Shown: positions 62,563-64,000 of the stretch, piece by piece
Layout: the number at the start of each line of letters is the position of its first letter
Numbering within the stretch: the first letter of the stretch is position 1
NCBI GenBank assembly: GCA_951406725.2
Contig: OX597816.1
Location: forward strand, 60,202,001-60,266,000
From: Octopus vulgaris
Lineage: Eukaryota
DNA length: 64,000 nucleotides
Reading direction: 5' to 3'
The notes under the pieces: model-generated
What the model saw: only the letters and a program-made list of their open reading frames with translations
Database searches by the model: none
Told to the model about the DNA's origin: nothing
Made by a program: the position numbers and the translations under genes

Positions 62563-62747
62563 TAGCATAGGTGTATGTCTTTTGTGTGCAGAGAGTGAAA
62601 TGTTTGGGACTATGTTGATCAGAACTATAATTTGTCCAGCTTTATGTTCTGAGTTCTAATTCTGCTGAGGCCAACTTTGCCTTTCATCCTCTCAGGGTCA
62701 AGAAAATGAGCATGAAATGAGTATGAAATGAGTATTGAGGTCGATAT

Positions 62748-63632
62748 TGTTACGGAATCACCCGTCATCGTCGCCCGTCCCGAACGGCTCACACAAGTTC
62801 CGCCACGGAGCCCGGAGAGAGGAGATACAGATAGATACTGCCACAACCTCAACAGCACAGAGATACGGAGGCACAACCCGAGATACAACCCAAAGAGGCA
62901 AGGCAACAACTGGCAACACTGGCTTATATTCAAACAACAGTTTATACGACAATTACAATTGTTACAACATCAAGATACATCAAAGCATGCACGTGACTAC
63001 TCAATACATAATACAACAGCATTTCGAGAGTACAACTCAAAGCATAATACAACATTATGTAACAATTCAAGAGTACACGTCCCAAGACAACAGTTCTTTA
63101 AAGTCTCTTCCTAAACATCACAATCAACAAGTCCTTTACTCTTCTTCTTCACAATGTCCTTTATCGACCACATCGACAGAGTCCTTGACTGTTCTTTTCA
63201 CTGTTCAATACACCGTGACACATATCAATGCACAAACACATACCTCAATTCCTAATTGAATCTGCCAGTGTCCCATTCCTCTCAATCCTGCCAATTCCTC
63301 TGAATACTGCTAATTCCCCTCTGTGCCGCCAAGCTTTCTCGCATCCAACTTGCTCCTAAGAATTCCAATGCTTGCTCCTTAAATCCAAGGTCCGTCTGTC
63401 TTCCTCGAGGACCGGCCAGCGACTGCAAGTCTGCTGCCTATCACCCTCTCACGACAGCTCTCAGATCCTTTAATCTGTCTTCCTCTTCACTTCTTCAAGG
63501 GGTGCTTAGAATGACCTCCAATTCACCCGAATCTGACAGGACAATGGGTTTATCCTAATGTAGGTCACTGGGACATACTACACTGGCTAACCCAGGTCAC
63601 TGGGACATACTACACTAGCTAAGCCTGTAACA
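62748..63632. mobile_element. Solo LTR (Gypsy-like), 885 bp, inserted in a family B SINE
   Basis: TGTTAC...GTAACA termini, 4-bp TSD ATAT at 62744-62747 and 63633-63636; removal restores ggtcgatataatcaactt. Confidence 0.85.
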
Positions 63633-63934
63633 ATATAATCAACTTATCCCCTCCTCCAAAATTGCTGGCCCAGTGCCAAAATTTGGAGCCATTATTATCC
63701 TTATGGATCCAAAGTGGCAAGCTGGTAAAATTGCTTGTATGCCAGACAAAATGCTTAGTGGTATTTCTACCAGCTTTTTATTGTTCAGAATCCAAATTTT
63801 GTGAAGGTCAACTTAGCTTTTCAGCATCAATAAAAAAAATACCTGTTGAACACTGGGGTTGATGTAATCAACTCAACCCTTCCATTAAGAATGTTGGCCT
63901 TGTTCCAAAATTTGATATCATTGTTATTATTATT

Positions 63935-64000
63935 GAGTGAGAGAGCAGTGCATGCCATCGAAGTGACACTGGGGTAAAATATACAAAGTCCAGTATACCC
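63935..64000. mobile_element. Start of a second copy of the 4944-5496 element
   Basis: gagtgagagagcagtgcatgccatc..gtgacactggggtaaaatatac after (ATT)n; cut by the window end. Confidence 0.85.

Noticed and set aside
62625-63259. Several 64-174 aa ORFs
   Set aside because: Lie in or overlap the solo LTR, low complexity, no gag or pol motifs.

Overview
Eukaryotic, AT-rich, microsatellite- and repeat-dense DNA. The SINE and LINE repertoire is typical of an octopus (coleoid cephalopod); this is inferred from repeat content. No intact long host ORF is present. The window holds three 5'-truncated RTE-clade LINE copies with a PHD-like finger inside the RT region (two of the three belong to one duplicated block), three Penelope-like GIY-YIG remnants, many tRNA-derived SINEs of three families, an internally deleted mariner, several MITEs and a solo LTR. 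A ~9.35 kb direct duplication flanks a 100-N gap and is probably an uncollapsed haplotype overlap. The most notable signals read from the sequence are: (1) ten distinct loci with minimal type-I hammerhead-ribozyme architecture, mostly in short non-coding modules embedded in (TA)n tracts, including U3-A8 and A6U core variants and one preceded by a tRNA-like promoter; (2) a chain of four tiny minus-strand exons that splice in frame to a stop; (3) a perfect 76-bp inverted copy of the end of that last exon and a 250-bp-arm fold-back in the last putative intron, both potential dsRNA/ADAR substrates. All alignments, folds and coordinates were done by eye; edges of degenerate repeats are approximate and no database search was run.
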